From: the human T2T-CHM13v2.0 reference genome, Homo sapiens
Assembly: GCF_009914755.1 (NCBI RefSeq)
Contig: NC_060929.1
Direction: 5' to 3' (one strand)
DNA length: 64,000 nucleotides
The first letter of the stretch is position 1; every line of letters starts with the position of its first letter. The position numbers and the translations under genes were made by a program. A model generated the notes under the pieces. It ran no database searches, was not told the origin of the DNA, and saw only the letters and a program-made list of their open reading frames with translations. Below, one piece after another: positions 1 to 13,889 of this stretch.

Positions 1-921
1 GTGTTGTGGAGGGCATTTTTCCACTGGGATGATTTGGACTTTTTGACAGCTTCCGGTTTCTTCTGATTCTCAGAGGCTGTGAATTCATGATAGAAGCAGC
101 CTTTTTGCATTCTTTAGGTCTTCATCATCAAAATTGCTTGTGTGTGTGTGTTTCTGTTTACCCAGGTAAGTTTCTAGCCTTTTCGTTCCCTAGTGTTGCT
201 ATGCTAACCCTGCAGTGTGTCCTACATCCTTGAGGACAGGACCTGGGATGCCACCAACACTGTCCCCCAGAACTTGTCCTTGATGTTCTGATGCAAACCC
301 AGAGGAACAGCTGTCCAGCTCCAGCCTGATTTACATACACAACCCAGGTGCCCTTTGGGGAGCCACACAAAAGAGAAAGCAAAGGTGAGTGAGTCAGGGT
401 TTGGGGAAGAAAAGGCACTCAGCAGCCGAGAGGCAAAAAGCAGAGGAGCCAGTGTCTTTCAGTGGTTTGCATCTATCTCTTTGTGTCTCTCCCCAAAGTT
501 TCTGAGGCTCCCCACACCCCAGGAAGGGCATCTCTGAGAGTGTCCTTCTGGTGACAAGGCTCTGTGGGAGCAGCGAGGGGCAGAAAGGCTCACGTAGAAA
601 AGGAGGAGGCATGGCTGCCCCAGATCGCTCTGGAGACTGAAGGTGCAATCGCCATGGATATGACATCCACCCTCGTGATTGTGGTCGGGTTTTGTCTATG
701 ATGTGAGGGATCTAACGATGCTTCTGAATGGTAAGTGACATGTGCACGTAATGTCTGCGCATGTGTGAGGTGTGTGGGTGTTGGAGGTGGTGTGGGAAGG
801 GCATGGGGAGAGACAAGGATCAGCGTTGCTAACTTGATTCAAGTAGACACCAGCGCGGATGACTGAGGCCTGTGAACCTCATGTGTTTACCGAGGGAAAG
901 TCTCCTATCCCAAATGTCTTT

Positions 922-1035
922 GTCTCATTGCTATAACCTCACGGACCCTGCAGGGTACACACAGCTCATTTTACTGGTAGGAAAATGAACCCCATAAGGC
1001 TGAGTGAAGTTGCTAAGTACCCACAAATCTGTCTA
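922..1035 (-). mobile_element. MIR fragment
   Basis: Degenerate match to the reverse-complement MIR core (tctcatt...cctcac...cattttac...gaaaatga...aagttgc). Confidence 0.5.
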
Positions 1036-2197
1036 CGAATGGAGAGAAGAAGGAATATGCTAGTCAGGGCCACCTGTGGCCAGTGTGAACATGTGACAGC
1101 ATGTGTGAGGAAGTGACTCCATGTCAGCACATTCCCAAGGTCTTCAGGCCACCTGAGAAAGGTGGCCAGTAAAGGGGGGGCAGAGGGCATCTGGGAGATA
1201 TGAGCGGACAGGGCCTCAGCATTGGCCTTCTGGTCTCCAGGGCTTGGCACATTCACGCCAGGTTCCACAGATCTGCCTGCTTCCATTTTCCTGAGCTCAG
1301 CCTTCATTCCCTGACTCCATCCCTAAGAACTCACACATGCCCCAGCAGGTGGTCCTCATTGACCTTGAAGTTGGGCCAGAGTGGCTGCGTGTGTGTCTCC
1401 TCCCACTCCGAGTCTCCCAGCATCTCCTGGCCTGGCCACACTGGTTGTGGTCATGATGCTGTCAACCATCACCACTGCCCGGACCCTGAACTCAGTCTTT
1501 GGACCCTTTGCACATGAACAGCTTTGTTTTCCTGTATTGTCTGGACTCTAAGACTTTCTCATTCAGAGGGATTTTACAAGGACCTGTTGAAATTCACTTG
1601 ATGAATAGCAATTGCCTTGATTCTGGATCAATACTGGGCTCCATACCTAAGTGCATTCAAAGTCTTCTCTTTGCAACTGAGGCCCTGTGCCCGATTGCAT
1701 TGCTTTCTTTCTAAGACTGGGACCCTCTTAAGGGTAGAGGTCTTTCTGCAAGTTACCCAGCCAGCATCATATACAAAATGGAATCTGTGTAAAGCGTTGC
1801 TAATGGTGATGCCTCTGTTTCCTCATCTCACTGAGTTGCATATGATGCCAAGTGGCTTAAGGATGGTTTTGTACACCCTGTGTTCAAGAGCTACATCAAC
1901 TTTAGTTCTTTATTTAAATTAAACACTTAATTTTGGCAGTGGTAGGTGGTAATGAAGGGTAATGGAACATGTGAGCAGCTAGTGTCTAAGTTCCTGAAAT
2001 TATGGAGGGCACAGGTAGGAAGCTCCGTGGGGCAAAGCGTGGTTACGAGGCCGGACTGGGTGGAGTTAATGAGACAGTGACTTCCTCCCTTAGGACTCTT
2101 CCTTGTGTGCAATGTTTGTCTTTCAAATACTCTCTAGGCTGCAAACATGTGCCATGTTCCCACTGAACGGGCTTCCTTCTCGCAGTATTTTCCTTAC

Positions 2198-2373
2198 CTG
2201 GCCCTTTGCAAGAACATTCTACACGGATTTCCCTGAATTTGAAATCTGAGCTCATGACTTTAGAGACAGTGCTGGCTGACTTCATTCCAGGAGGACTGAG
2301 CTCTTCCATTTTCCGACAGACATGGTGCATTCTGTGGTCACTTTCCAAGAGCCCGTGGTGGGTTGTCCTGTTT
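2198..2373 (-). other. Candidate internal exon (176 nt) of an unidentified minus-strand transcript
   Basis: Minus strand reads tttaac (branch-like) ttgtttcccaccaacag|AAACAGG...GGGCCAG|gtaagg. The sequence looks non-repetitive. Confidence 0.35.
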
Positions 2374-5300
2374 CTGTTGGTGGGAAACAAGTTAAACACA
2401 ATTTGCTATTTGCCTTTCACCCCTCAGTTCATCATGAGATCATTAGTCGGCTGAGTGACTGCTGTCCCCCAGGGGCTGGGAGAGAGGGGGTCTTGAGGGA
2501 GTTACTGGTGATACTGCATGCCTGTGGGTTGGGGGATCATATCCTATTTTTATCAGATGGAATATGCTGGACCAGAAAAAAGAACCACTGGGAACTGTGT
2601 TCTTCCAACTTTGGTTTCAGATCCCTCTAGTTAATGCCATCCATGAAAACAATTAACTTCTCTATATTTCAGGATCCAGGCAGGACCTTGTAGGAATCTT
2701 ATTTAATTATGTGCTATATTAATGTTATATTGATTATGTTATTGCCTGTAAATCCAGTTGCTTAATAAAGCTGCAGTCATTTTGCAATAAAGTTGCATTT
2801 GCAGTCAATTAATGGGTGTCTGGGGGTTGGAGAGCTATCTGAGGGGCGTTGGTGCTAAGAGAACACGTCCTTGGGCTGAGCACCCGAGGCACCCACAGAG
2901 AAAGCCAGGGGTGTATGTGTATGTATGGGAATGTTTGTGTGGGTAGGTATAGAGTTGCATTAAGTCAAAAGGCAAAGCATTTGGCCTGTGGCACTTATTT
3001 TTAGCTCATGGAGCTGGATATTTATGAACAGCTGACTGTATGGCCCAGCTCAAAAGCGGCACTGAGGCAGCGTCCATCCGGGGGATGGGATAGTGTTTGA
3101 TTTCAAAAATACCAGTAAATGATAACTGCCAGTATGGAGAGCATGTGAAGGCTAGGGAACAAAGCACACTTTCATTGCTCATCATGCTAGCATCCAAGTT
3201 GGAGGAACATACCCTCCCATTCAGAGGAAATGCCATCGCTCCTCTGACAATCACATCTGCCACCAATATCGTTCGGCATGTGGTCCGACTTTTATCTTTC
3301 TACCAAAATTTCATGTTCTGATTTTTACATCTGATGATAAATGCAGGTCACTACGAAACGAGTACAACTATTTATTTCTGTCTCATCTTTCGTGATGTGT
3401 CCAAGATGTGTGTTCTCATAACGGAACATGAATAAATATTAAAGTCTTACGAGTTTATTTTTAAGAATGCACCCTAGCAAATAGAAAATAAGACATTCCC
3501 TAATTCAGATAGATAGCTGATCTTTCCCATAAATGGAAGTGATATGAAAATCATATAACTATACTCAAGTAATTTTATTTGGAGGCAGACAAATGGTTCT
3601 ACCATGACAATTATTTGTTGACTTTTTAACATGCATGTCTCTTTGACCATAAGGATGATGTTTAAAAATGTATAAGCTCATGATGAAAAATGTCGTTTAT
3701 GACAATGAAGCATATATCAGTGACAAACCAAATAACTCTCACCCGGGAATACAGAAAGGACCCAAGCTCTGGGTCTCTAAGCCTCCCTGATACCAGCTCC
3801 TGCTCTTGTCCAGGGCAAATAATTGTAAACCACAGTATAAAACCCAATATTTCCTCCAAAGTTTCTGCAGGACTTTCCAAGAATGTGTCTTTTTGTGTTA
3901 TTTTTTCTGTGCCTCTGTCTCCCAGCTGTCCCCTCATTCTGCAGGCTGGAAGCACACCGGCCCATCACTGCACATGACAGGTGCTCAGCAGTGAGGGCTT
4001 CTCAGTCTCAGGAATGTCCTTGCTGCTTCACTGTGAGGCTTCCAGGTATCAGTGCACTCCAGAGTTGAGTGTCCCTATCAGAGAAGGAATGTTCCACGTT
4101 AAGCCAAGTTTATGTCTCCAAGGCTGTTGTCTCTCTAGCTTGGAGGACCAACTCCCCTTGTGACAGTTGGTGGGCACTGGAAGCTGAAAGAAGATGAGAA
4201 GAACAAGCTGGGGGGCCAGCCCATGACCCCCGAGGACAGCACAGTCCTTCAGTCACCCGCAGCTGGCATCAGCCCAGAGTGGCTGCAGGGAGATGGTATT
4301 TAGATCCGATCCTTGGGATCATCTCCGATAAGGAAGTTTAGTGTGTGGGGAACGTGAGACCTCCAGATTCCACAGGATCCTCAATTGTTTTGTCCCCTTA
4401 CTATTACCACTGGAATGAATCATTGGAAAGAGTTGGTCACTCCAGCTTTCCTTGCAACTGTGGTATGAATCAAACAGAAATGCCACCAAGTTGAAATGAA
4501 CGTATGCTGACATCCTGTTTCCTGGATAGGAACTGAAGAGGATCTTGAGTGAAGTGGGAAGTAAAGGCCAAAAAAAACTAGGGTGGAGGCAGCTTCCACA
4601 ACCCTCCCCCAGCCCTGCAGGGACCTGGCCTTTCAGAGAGCTGCCCAGCCCCTGTGGCAGCCACGCTGTGATTCATACAATGAAGTTTTGTGGTGTCCAA
4701 CTGTCTCTGAGCAGGGGAAGGAAAGGAGATAACGAAGCTCATGTGTGATCATTTGTACCTGTCTAATCACTGCCATCAAAGAGGGCAAGAGTGTCCACCT
4801 ACTGCCAGTTTTCTGAAAGCCAGAGGAAGTGTCAGTGGATAAAGGAACTTAAGCCTCGGAGGCCATTTCTCCATGGCACAGACTCTCAGCTCAGTCCAGA
4901 AGAGACAGAGGAAAGAGGCCCTGCACCCAGCACCCCCTCCAGCCTCTGGTGATCCGCCAGCCATCTGTGAACCCAGGCACACCAGAGAGGCCTCCCGCTG
5001 CACCAAGTCCACCACAGCCTGCCTGCTACAGGTCACGAGGCAGGCTTTCTGAAGCACAGGACTGGAACAGCTGCCCACCGTGTTGGAAGGTGAAAGCTGC
5101 CTTTCCAAGTCTTCCCTCCTTCTCAAGGCTCTCTGGGGTCAACTCCTTTGCTCACATTTTCTTTTCAATCAAAGTTTTGCCTAATTTACCACTGAGGAGT
5201 TCACAAGAACTGATGTCCTTTGGAATTGGTTGAGAGAAAGCACTGGCTCAATGCTGTATATCGAAGCAGGACCAATTTCTGCTTTGTCCTGGGGCTGTGC

Positions 5301-5664
5301 AGAGACACCAGGTGGGCCCCTGGCTTCAGGGGGCTCACAGCGAGGGCGGCAGGAAAGCCATGGTGGGAGGGCAGGTGGCCAGGCCACGTGGCCCCATGAG
5401 AATGAAGTGGGACAAGAGCTTAAGCTGGGGTGGTGGCTTCCAGGTGACAGAGTAAGGGAAGGGAGGCCAGCTTGACAACAGTTTGTCTTGGGTCTAAATT
5501 GCACAGCCTGTATCTTAGGGGACATTTCTGGAGGAGCCTCAATAGTTTCCTAGCAAACAATAATTTGGACTTGGGGTGGGCCTCTGTCATTGATAGTGAC
5601 CATGAATTTTTTTGCACACACGTTGGTGATAAATTGCTTTCCCCTCCGCTCTCTCCGTTAGTGG

Positions 5665-5863
5665 AGTGGTTTTCTCCCTGCCCTGAGGACATTTCCAAAT
5701 ATCTGGAGACATCGATGGGTGTTGACAGTGAGTGCGGCTGGCATTTAGTGGATAGAGTCCGGGGACACTGCTTTGCATCTTGTAATGCATGGGACACCCT
5801 CCCCTTTCTGCAGCAGAGAATTATCCAGCCCCAATGTCAGCAGAGCCAGAGCAGAGAAGCTGG
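5665..5863 (+). mobile_element. MER20-like hAT-Charlie DNA transposon fossil
   Basis: gacattt...tctggagacat...ctggcatttagtggatagag...agaattatccagccccaatgtcag...gagaagctg follows the MER20 consensus. Confidence 0.75.
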
Positions 5864-8172
5864 GTAGCGCCGCATGTGCATGCTCCTTCCTTCATGGCTG
5901 TGGATGGAGAAAGGCCAGGGTTCCAGCCCCAGGCCCAGCATGCATGCGACAGCATCTTCTTCAGGTCACAGTGTCTCTAGGCCTCTGTCTTCCTATCTGC
6001 AGAGTGGACATAGAGGACCTCTTGCCTTTCTTCAAGAAGTGTCATAGGGAGGGGACATGCAATCCCAGGGCTGAGCACAATTTTCCTCTAGGCACAGGAG
6101 GAGTGGGGATCAGATGAGTTGCAACTCTGGGGGTCATACATCAGCGGAGGCCTGTGAGTGAACTCCGTTTTACTGAAGAGCAGATCCTGACATTGTGCCA
6201 GTGCCTGAGGCTGGAAGGCTGGAAGGCTGAAAGGCAGAGCTGAGGACTCCAGCCGCTCCAATGGGCATCTTTCCACCACTGTTATCTCCCTCTTTTGTTA
6301 ATTCCCCAGTACTTCTTTTTTCTCTTGAAGTGTCATATTCATATCTAGAGATCACTCATCCAAATTTTATTTTAACCTTTGATATTATAATTTGATAATC
6401 AATTTAATCAGGACACTCTCAGATGCAAGACCTGGCCCTGTTTTCCTCTACACACTCACTGTGTGACCTTGGTTACCATCACATCTGGGCCTCAGTTTAC
6501 CCATCTGGGAGCCAGTGCTCTCTTTCTGGTTCAACAGAGTGTTGTTTGGACTTCTGAATGGGCTGACTGTCCTGTGCTTGTGTTTCTGGTGAAAGATACT
6601 GAGCTGGGAGAAAGACACCACTCCTGCTGCAGCTTACACAAGACATTCACCTCAAGTAAAGGAAGCTTAATATCTGAATGCTCCCAGATGGCCAGATGTC
6701 AGCAGTCAAAAAGAATAGGAACCTTACATTTGAATTTCATGAATTAGGTCTTCTGATCAGTGGCCCACACTCAGTGTCTCCAGCGGGCACAGCCAAGGTG
6801 TCCTTGCAGCCCCTCTGTAGAGAGCATGTTGGCCGCCATATGCATCTCAACGTGAATTAAAACCAGCTCTGGTTTGTAAAAGGGTAAACTGTCAGGCATC
6901 TGAGGACAATCCCTTTGAGTTTTTATATCACTTGAAGAATATTTAGGAAGAAGAAAATCAAAGAGTTGGGAGTACAGACAGAGTGAGTTAGGCAGCAAGG
7001 GTGACACCTCAATGCACAGGGGCCAATGCTATGTTTTCTCCCCTAGTTCAGGAGGTAGCTGCACAGGAAGACTTCACCTACACCTACCAGGATCATCCCA
7101 GTGCCTAGGAAGAGGGGCTGGCACTCAGAGCTCAGAAGCCTGGCCGGCTCATGCTGACCAGCTCTTCGGGCCTGGTGATTGCCATTCACTTCTGTTTAGT
7201 TATTGCCATGGTCAGGAACTTTGCATAACATCATCTGTGTTTCTGAAAAGGCAGAGGCAGATAGAATTCCTTTCCCTCCTTAGAAAGCCAGCTGGAAAGG
7301 CCTTCTTTTCCCTAAACTGTTACAACATACAGGGATAAAATCTCATTTCACACCTGGGCTGATGGTCCTAGGACCTACCCTTGCTTTCTGAAATGGAAAG
7401 CACTACATTGCAATGACTGAAAGGTGAGAAAGATGTCTACAATCAACAGCCAATCAGAAAAGGAAGCAAGAAAGGACAAATTCAGTCCAAAACATTCAGA
7501 AAACAAGCAAGCTCACCTTTCCACGAGGTGCTGTAGGAGGAAGCTTTCCCGTGAACCAGCTGTGGTGTGTCTGGGGTCAAGGGAACGGCAGTCCAGGCAC
7601 CTCTGTGTGCTTCAGGAAGCTCACCGGTACCCCCTTTATTTGCAATCAGGACCCGGAATACATGGGCTCCTTGGTTATGGGAATATGTTCATCTGCACTT
7701 GGACTTCATGGCATCTACAGAGTTAGATGATCCCACGGTGCACCCTCAAGCATGCGGTTCAGGGAAATGAGCCCATGGGAGCAGGCTCTGGTGAGCACCG
7801 CCGGCACTTCTGAAATGGAAAGGTGCCAGGTATTGTTTCTCACACACCCAGGTGAAGCAATCTCAGGCCCACGTCATGGAAAAGGTGCAATCTTCTCCAT
7901 CTATGTGTGCACAGTGCCACGGACCATGGATTGAGCCACTAGTTATGAATCTTATGTGCTGGCTAGACAAAACTCACTGCACCCGCTGGGCCTTCTTCAC
8001 AATAGACCAAACGGTGGGCTCCTTGAGAAATACTCTATTTTTTATGTTTTCATTTCAGTAAAAAATGCTGAATTTGAGAGATTGCTTTAAAAACAAACTG
8101 ACTAAATGATTCTTTAATAGGACAGATTGGCAATCATGACCAGGTAGGTAATAGGATTGAGCTGAAATGCTC

Positions 8173-8263
8173 AACTTTCCAGAGGGAAAGGAGACCCCGA
8201 GAAACTTTCCAGAGGGAAAGGAGACCCCGAGATACTTTCCAGAGGGAAAAGAGCCCCTGAGAT
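8173..8263. repeat. 30-bp tandem repeat, 3 copies
   Basis: actttccagagggaaaggagaccccgaga(a/t) is seen three times; the third copy is diverged. Confidence 0.95.
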
Positions 8264-8554
8264 CCCTTCTGTGGCATCTGTGGTCGTAAGAGTCCACAAA
8301 ATTCGAGCTTCATCCCTCCAAACCTGGGGAAGCCGATAGGGCCTGAAAGGCCAGCTGTGTTATCTCAAAGTGACTGACTTCTTTAGATCCATTGAGAGAA
8401 ACAGGTCTCCCGAACATCCCTGAAGGATTCCAGCTTTGAGGCTGCCTCCAGACCTCAGCTTCCACTCTGGCTCTGCTTGTATGGCATTGCCCCAGGAAAA
8501 TGGCACTAATTTTGATTTTCAACCCAAGAGTAGTCCCAAGGAATTTCTTATCTC

Positions 8555-8597
8555 TGTGTGTGTGTGTGTATACATATATATACATATATATGTATAT
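8555..8597. repeat. (TG)n/(TA)n compound microsatellite
   Basis: Directly visible. Confidence 0.85.
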
Positions 8598-9758
8598 TTT
8601 TTAAAAAAAAGGAAGTGAGGGAAGAATAAGAATTACAAGAAAACGTAAGGAGAGAAGAAAAGAGTATGAAATAATTCTCGGGTTTCAGGGGAAGATCTGC
8701 CATCATCAAGTTATTTATGAAAGTGAAACATGAAAACCAACCTAAAAGTCTCAGAGGAGAGAATTCCTTAAATGGATTTTGATCCAAGCACTCAAAGGAA
8801 AAATATGCAGGCATTAAAAAGCAAATTTCCCCAAAATTTAACAATGTGAACATGTTTATGTTGCATTGCTAAGTGACAAAATATGGAAACTGACTATATT
8901 TATGACTTGATCTTAATTCTGAAAACAATATATAGTTTTTTATGTATTACCATATCTCTATCCACATGAATACACTGAAACAAACCTAAAGAGAAGTTTA
9001 CAAACATATTGTGTTTTTCCTATTAAATGGTGTGATAGTGCTGATTGGTGTTTCTTCTTTATACTTGAATGAGTTTTTGACATTACTAAATGAGACAGAA
9101 AAGCTTTGTAATAAAACAGTAATAGTTCAAATAGTTTCGGAATAATTTTTACTTCAAGTTATAAAATTAATTACACCAGTTTTCTGAGATCTGGGTTTAT
9201 CCCAGAATGTCCTTTAAAATCAGATGTAATTCTTGTGTGTGTGCACATTTCAGCCAATGAAGGTAGACATAGAATGAACAGGCAGAGATCACTTATAGTA
9301 GCTCTTTCACACCATGTAGAGATGCATATTTGCAAACGGTGCTAGATGGATAGCAATCCTTATGAGATTGTGGAAAGTAAAAATAAAGAACTCCATATTC
9401 CAAGTGCCACTTAGCAATGAAAAGCCATCTCATATAAACACACTCAGCCCGTACAATGTGTGTCCTGACAGTCAACACCCTTGAACCCTCCAAATGCCTG
9501 TCTTGTGGGTGATGCACCATTTCAAACACCTTTACGTTCACCTATAGGAGACACAGTAACAATGGCCAGGTCCTTACTGTTCCCAAACCCCCGACTCTAG
9601 CCATCAGGCTCACAACTCAGATAAAGCCTCCCTGATGGCATTCCTGTTTGTAAAAAATAAACTTACAAAAATAAAAACTTTGGCTATTAACTGAATTTTT
9701 AAAACGATCTTTAGCAAAAGAATAAAAGGTTCAAAATCACTGGACAGTGAGAGAGCAC

Positions 9759-10134
9759 TGTATTAATCCGTTTTCACACTGCTGATAAAGACATGCCCGA
9801 GACAGGGCAATTTACAAAAGAAAGAGGTTTAATTGGACCCACAGTTCACGTGGCTGGAGAGGCCTCCTGATCATGGCGGAGGGCAAGGAGGAGTAAGTCA
9901 CATCGTACGTGTATGACAGCAGGCAGAGAGAGAGCTTGTGCAGGGAAACTCCCGTTTTTAGCACCATCAGATCTCATGAGACTCATTCACTATCACAAGA
10001 ACAGCATGGGAAAGACCGACCTCCATGAGTCAATCAGCTCCCACTGGGCTCCTCCCATGACACATGGGAATTGGGAATTGTGGGAGCTACAAGTCAAGAT
10101 GAGATTTGGGCGAGGACACAGCCAAACCATATCA
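9759..10134 (-). mobile_element. THE1B-like MaLR solo LTR
   Basis: Minus strand begins TGATATGGTTTGGCTGTGTCC and has TG...CA termini; 5-bp TSD agcac/agcat. Confidence 0.93.
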
Positions 10135-10832
10135 AGCATCTTTCCTCTCCTGTCATAGAACAGGTGTCTGTTCACTTCACGCAGGAGCACCAGCATGCCT
10201 GTTAATAGCAGGAAAACCGTCATGATGGCTTGGTGACAGGACAGTCTGTCCTGGGGCTTTGCCATAAATGCACAGGGTAGAAACCACACCATTTCTAGTC
10301 ACATTAGAAGGCCATACTTGAGGATAATTATAATTTCTGTTTTTCCAAATTTCATGTACTAATTTATAACGTTTATATCTCCCTCATGTAACTCATTCTG
10401 GAAGTCTATCATTGTAAGATTCTTCTAATTGTTAGCACTTGTGACTATTTTACACCTAGCAATAACACCAACACAATTAGCTGCATGGTACAATAGGAAA
10501 TGCGTTGGTGTTGGGGGTGGGCCCCACAGTGAGTTGAGGTTTCTGAATCTAGTAAGCCAGGCAGTCTGGGGTAAGCCACTCAATCTCTCATGGAGTCAAC
10601 GATTGAGTCAAAATCATAGATATCGTTGAGTAAGATGACTTCAAACTTGTTTTTCCTTTTCCAGAAGTATAAAACAGACTAACCTATAGCACAGAAACAA
10701 AAATATTTTCAGTGCACTTGTACATATATGTTCATATACGTGCAGATTTACAGGCAAGGAAAGACTTCAGAAAAATATGCTTGCGGGTACACGTGCAACA
10801 CACTTTGTTTTGTTATTTTTTATCTTGTTTTC

Positions 10833-11128
10833 CTTTTTTTTTGTTTGAAACAGGGTCTCGCTCTCTCACCCATGCTGGAGTGCAGTGGTGTGATCATGAG
10901 CTCACTGCAGTCTCAACCTCCCAGGCTCAACTGACCCTTCCACCTCAGCCTCTCAAGTAGCTGGGACTACAGGTGTGCACCATCATGTCCAGCTAATTTT
11001 TGTATTTTTTGTGGAGATGGGTTTCGTCATGTTCCCCAGGCTGGTCTCCAACTCCTGGGCTCAAGTGATCTACCTGCCTTGGCTTCCCAAAGTGTTGGGA
11101 TTAGAGGTGTGGGCCGCCATGCCTGGCC
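10833..11128 (-). mobile_element. AluJ
   Basis: Poly-T followed by cagggtctcgctct...ctcactgcagtctcaacctcccaggctcaa...gcctggcc, with J-type diagnostic positions. Confidence 0.95.
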
Positions 11129-12049
11129 TTCCATTCTAATGTTACAGCTGGTTGTGACCAACTGAATTTATGCCATGATCTGTATCCTGGCAAACACCAA
11201 TGCATATACTTTACAAGAAGGACTCTTACAATATGTACAATGAGATGAGAACAAGTTCTGAGCAGTGACCCCAGCCATCAGTGTGTCCTGTGCTACAGTA
11301 AGGAGATGCCAGTCTGGAATCTCTGAAATGCTGTCTGCATTCACCCTCCCACGAGGCCGTCCTCTAAGGCAGGAGTGTCCTGGCCTGGTGAACATCTCCA
11401 TGCGGCTGCCAGAGTTCGGATGTGCCATCTTTCTCCAGGTGGGAGGAGACATGTGTCCCCTCAAGAACACATCAAGGTCACAGGAAGACTCATTAGTTCC
11501 AGGGACCATATGCCTGTGATCTCACCTTCAAGGAAGAGAGTCCTGACCTCTTTGTTTCTTAGATGCAAGAGAACCTTTCCCACAAGCCTCACAGCAGTTC
11601 TTTTCTTGGGTCCCAGTGACCCAGACTAGATCCCATTCCATGTTGAATTTGTCATGGAAGCCAGGGATGGTAGCATCTTACGTTAGATTCTGGGATGGTC
11701 CGAGGGCTTTGCCTACAGGAAGCGGTGAGTGTCACTGGAGCAGGGCTGGGTGGGGACAGCCAGAGAGGATGAGGGAGGCACTGACCATGGTGTCTGCTGA
11801 CCGTCCCCTTCCATCTCTGAGATTTGATGAGGCTGGGTAAACATCTTCGGAATGCTCAACAAGGCTCAAACCTACTAGGGACCCACCTACACCTGGGAAT
11901 CTAGCCGTCCTCCCTACAGACATATGCAGAGTAAGAAAGGACACACTTAGGACTCAGCTCCTACTGGAACCTTCAAAACCATGGCCAGCTAGTGGTGGCA
12001 TTGCTGAGACTGAAGGATGGTCCACTGTGTTAGTGCCTCCCGGATTCCC

Positions 12050-13350
12050 TCTCTTATCAATATAACCACTTTCCTCTTCCCCTCCCTCTCGAAGGCTGCA
12101 AGCTCCTCATGCCCAGCTGACCACCAGAGCCAGACAAGAGCCAGCCCATATTCCTGACCTGCTCCTGTTAATATCACAGCAGAGGAAGTGTCTCTGTGCT
12201 AAGTCAGGACCCTGCCTTCCTGCGGCGGGTCTTATGCCCTTCTATCCCCTAAGACTTGGCTTTGTTCTGTGCAGCCTTTCTTTTCTGCTTTCTCAGGTTT
12301 ATTTATGTATTTCTCTCTCTGGGATCATTTTTACCCATTCTAGTATCTCTCCTCTAAAACAAACCAGCACAGCAATGCCCCTGTCATGATCCTGTGTCCC
12401 CTTTCAATGGACTCTTCATTAAAACTATCTCTGGAAAGTTATCCAGGCCCCCAAGGTCTCATCTCTCCACCTCTCCTCCACTCCCTTTCGGGTGCTGCAC
12501 TCCTGGCCTGTCCGCCGGACCTGGACCTGCAGCCGCCATGCTCACCGAGACCTTCATTTCTGCAGATCCGACGGTGTGTGGCGCCTCTTCTCCTGACTCA
12601 GCTTCTCCATCGCATCTGGCACACTTGGCCTCTCTGGCCCCGTAGCGGGAAAGCATGATTTAGATGTGGCTTCTGGGCTTGCCTACACCCTAGCTGTCCT
12701 TCCCGCTCACTGGCCATCTACCTCCAGCTGCCTCTCCTGGCTCCTCCTGCCCTCTAATTCTGTAGGGTGCAAGGTTCACCTTCTCACCGCTCCTTACTCT
12801 CTCCCGGGTGACTCATCCCCTAGGTGACTCTGAGCAGCATCCACGTTCAGATGGCTCCAGAGCCAGACACTGGCCTTGCCAGCTGCCCTGTGCAGGGCTC
12901 CACGCAGGGCGTCCAAGGGCCCTCTAGGCCAAAGGTGTCCTGACCTCCACCACAAGCCTGTCCCACACCCCTCCTACTCTTCAAATGAACAGGACCTCTG
13001 CTTCCAGGTGCTCAGACTGAAGACCTGGGGCCATTCCTCATTCTTCTCCTCTCATTCCCTGGCCTGTCCATCAGCAAGTCCTGTGTGCGCCACCTCCGGG
13101 GTCTCTCTTGAATCCACCACTCCTGACCATTTCTGCAACCACTGCCCTGGCCCAACCCACCACCTTCTCTTACCTGGATAATTGGAAAAGCCACCGAACT
13201 TTTACTGGATGGGGAAGGCAGCCAGGGAAGGCTTTTAAAAGTGTAAACCATATCACTTTATTGCTGTGATTATGAGCTTCCGTTGACGGCTGCTTCTTGC
13301 CATAAAACAAAACAAAACAAAACACATAAACTTTTCACTGTGGTTTACAA
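12050..13350 (+). mobile_element. L2 LINE fragment (ORF2 3' region)
   Basis: Pyrimidine-rich degenerate match to L2 (…catctggcacacttggcc…ggcttc…ctcactggcc…ggtgactcatcc…ttttaaaagtgtaaaccatatcac). Edges are approximate. Confidence 0.7.
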
Positions 13351-13454
13351 AGAAGAGCATGAAGTATCCATTTCACAAATGGGAGAAAAATCAGCCCTTT
13401 ACTGAAATTACCTGCTCAAGCCATGCTACAATCATATGAGTAATAACTGATTAT

Positions 13455-13743
13455 TATTCATGGAATGTTTGTGTCTCCCCCCAAATTCCTCTGCTGAAAT
13501 AATATAAGCGATGGTTTAGGAGGTAGCATCTTTGGGAGGTGACACGGCCATTAGGGTAGAGCCAGGTGAGACTGCGGCCTGAGGTGTGGTCCATGAACCA
13601 GCAAGCGGCCCTCACCAGACACTACCGGGGCCTGGACCTGAGAGTCGCCCCCAGCCTCCGGGAATGTGAGGAAATAAATGATTATTGTTGAAGCCACCCA
13701 GTTTATGGTAGTTTTGTGATAGGAGCCTGAATCAACGCTAATA
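13455..13743 (+). mobile_element. MLT1A-like MaLR LTR, internally deleted
   Basis: gaatgtttgtgtctccccccaaattc…tttgggaggtga…gccctcaccagacac…cagcctcc…aataaat…aagccacccagtttatggta. Confidence 0.85.
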
Positions 13744-13889
13744 GATTCTGAATGGGATCAGGGGAAGGCGTGAGTTCTGATTTGCACTGATTCAGCTGGT
13801 GCCTTCTTCACATTGAAAACTTTGCTTTTGCTATAGCTCTTGGTATGTATGTTTTGTTTATGCCAAGACCATAATGATAAACTGCAACA

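Noticed and set aside
115-740. Plus-strand donors CAG|GTAAGT (~165) and ATG|GTAAGT (~730); also GAG|GTAAGT near 41241
   Set aside because: Isolated donor words are expected by chance, and I could not build a coherent exon chain or reading frame.
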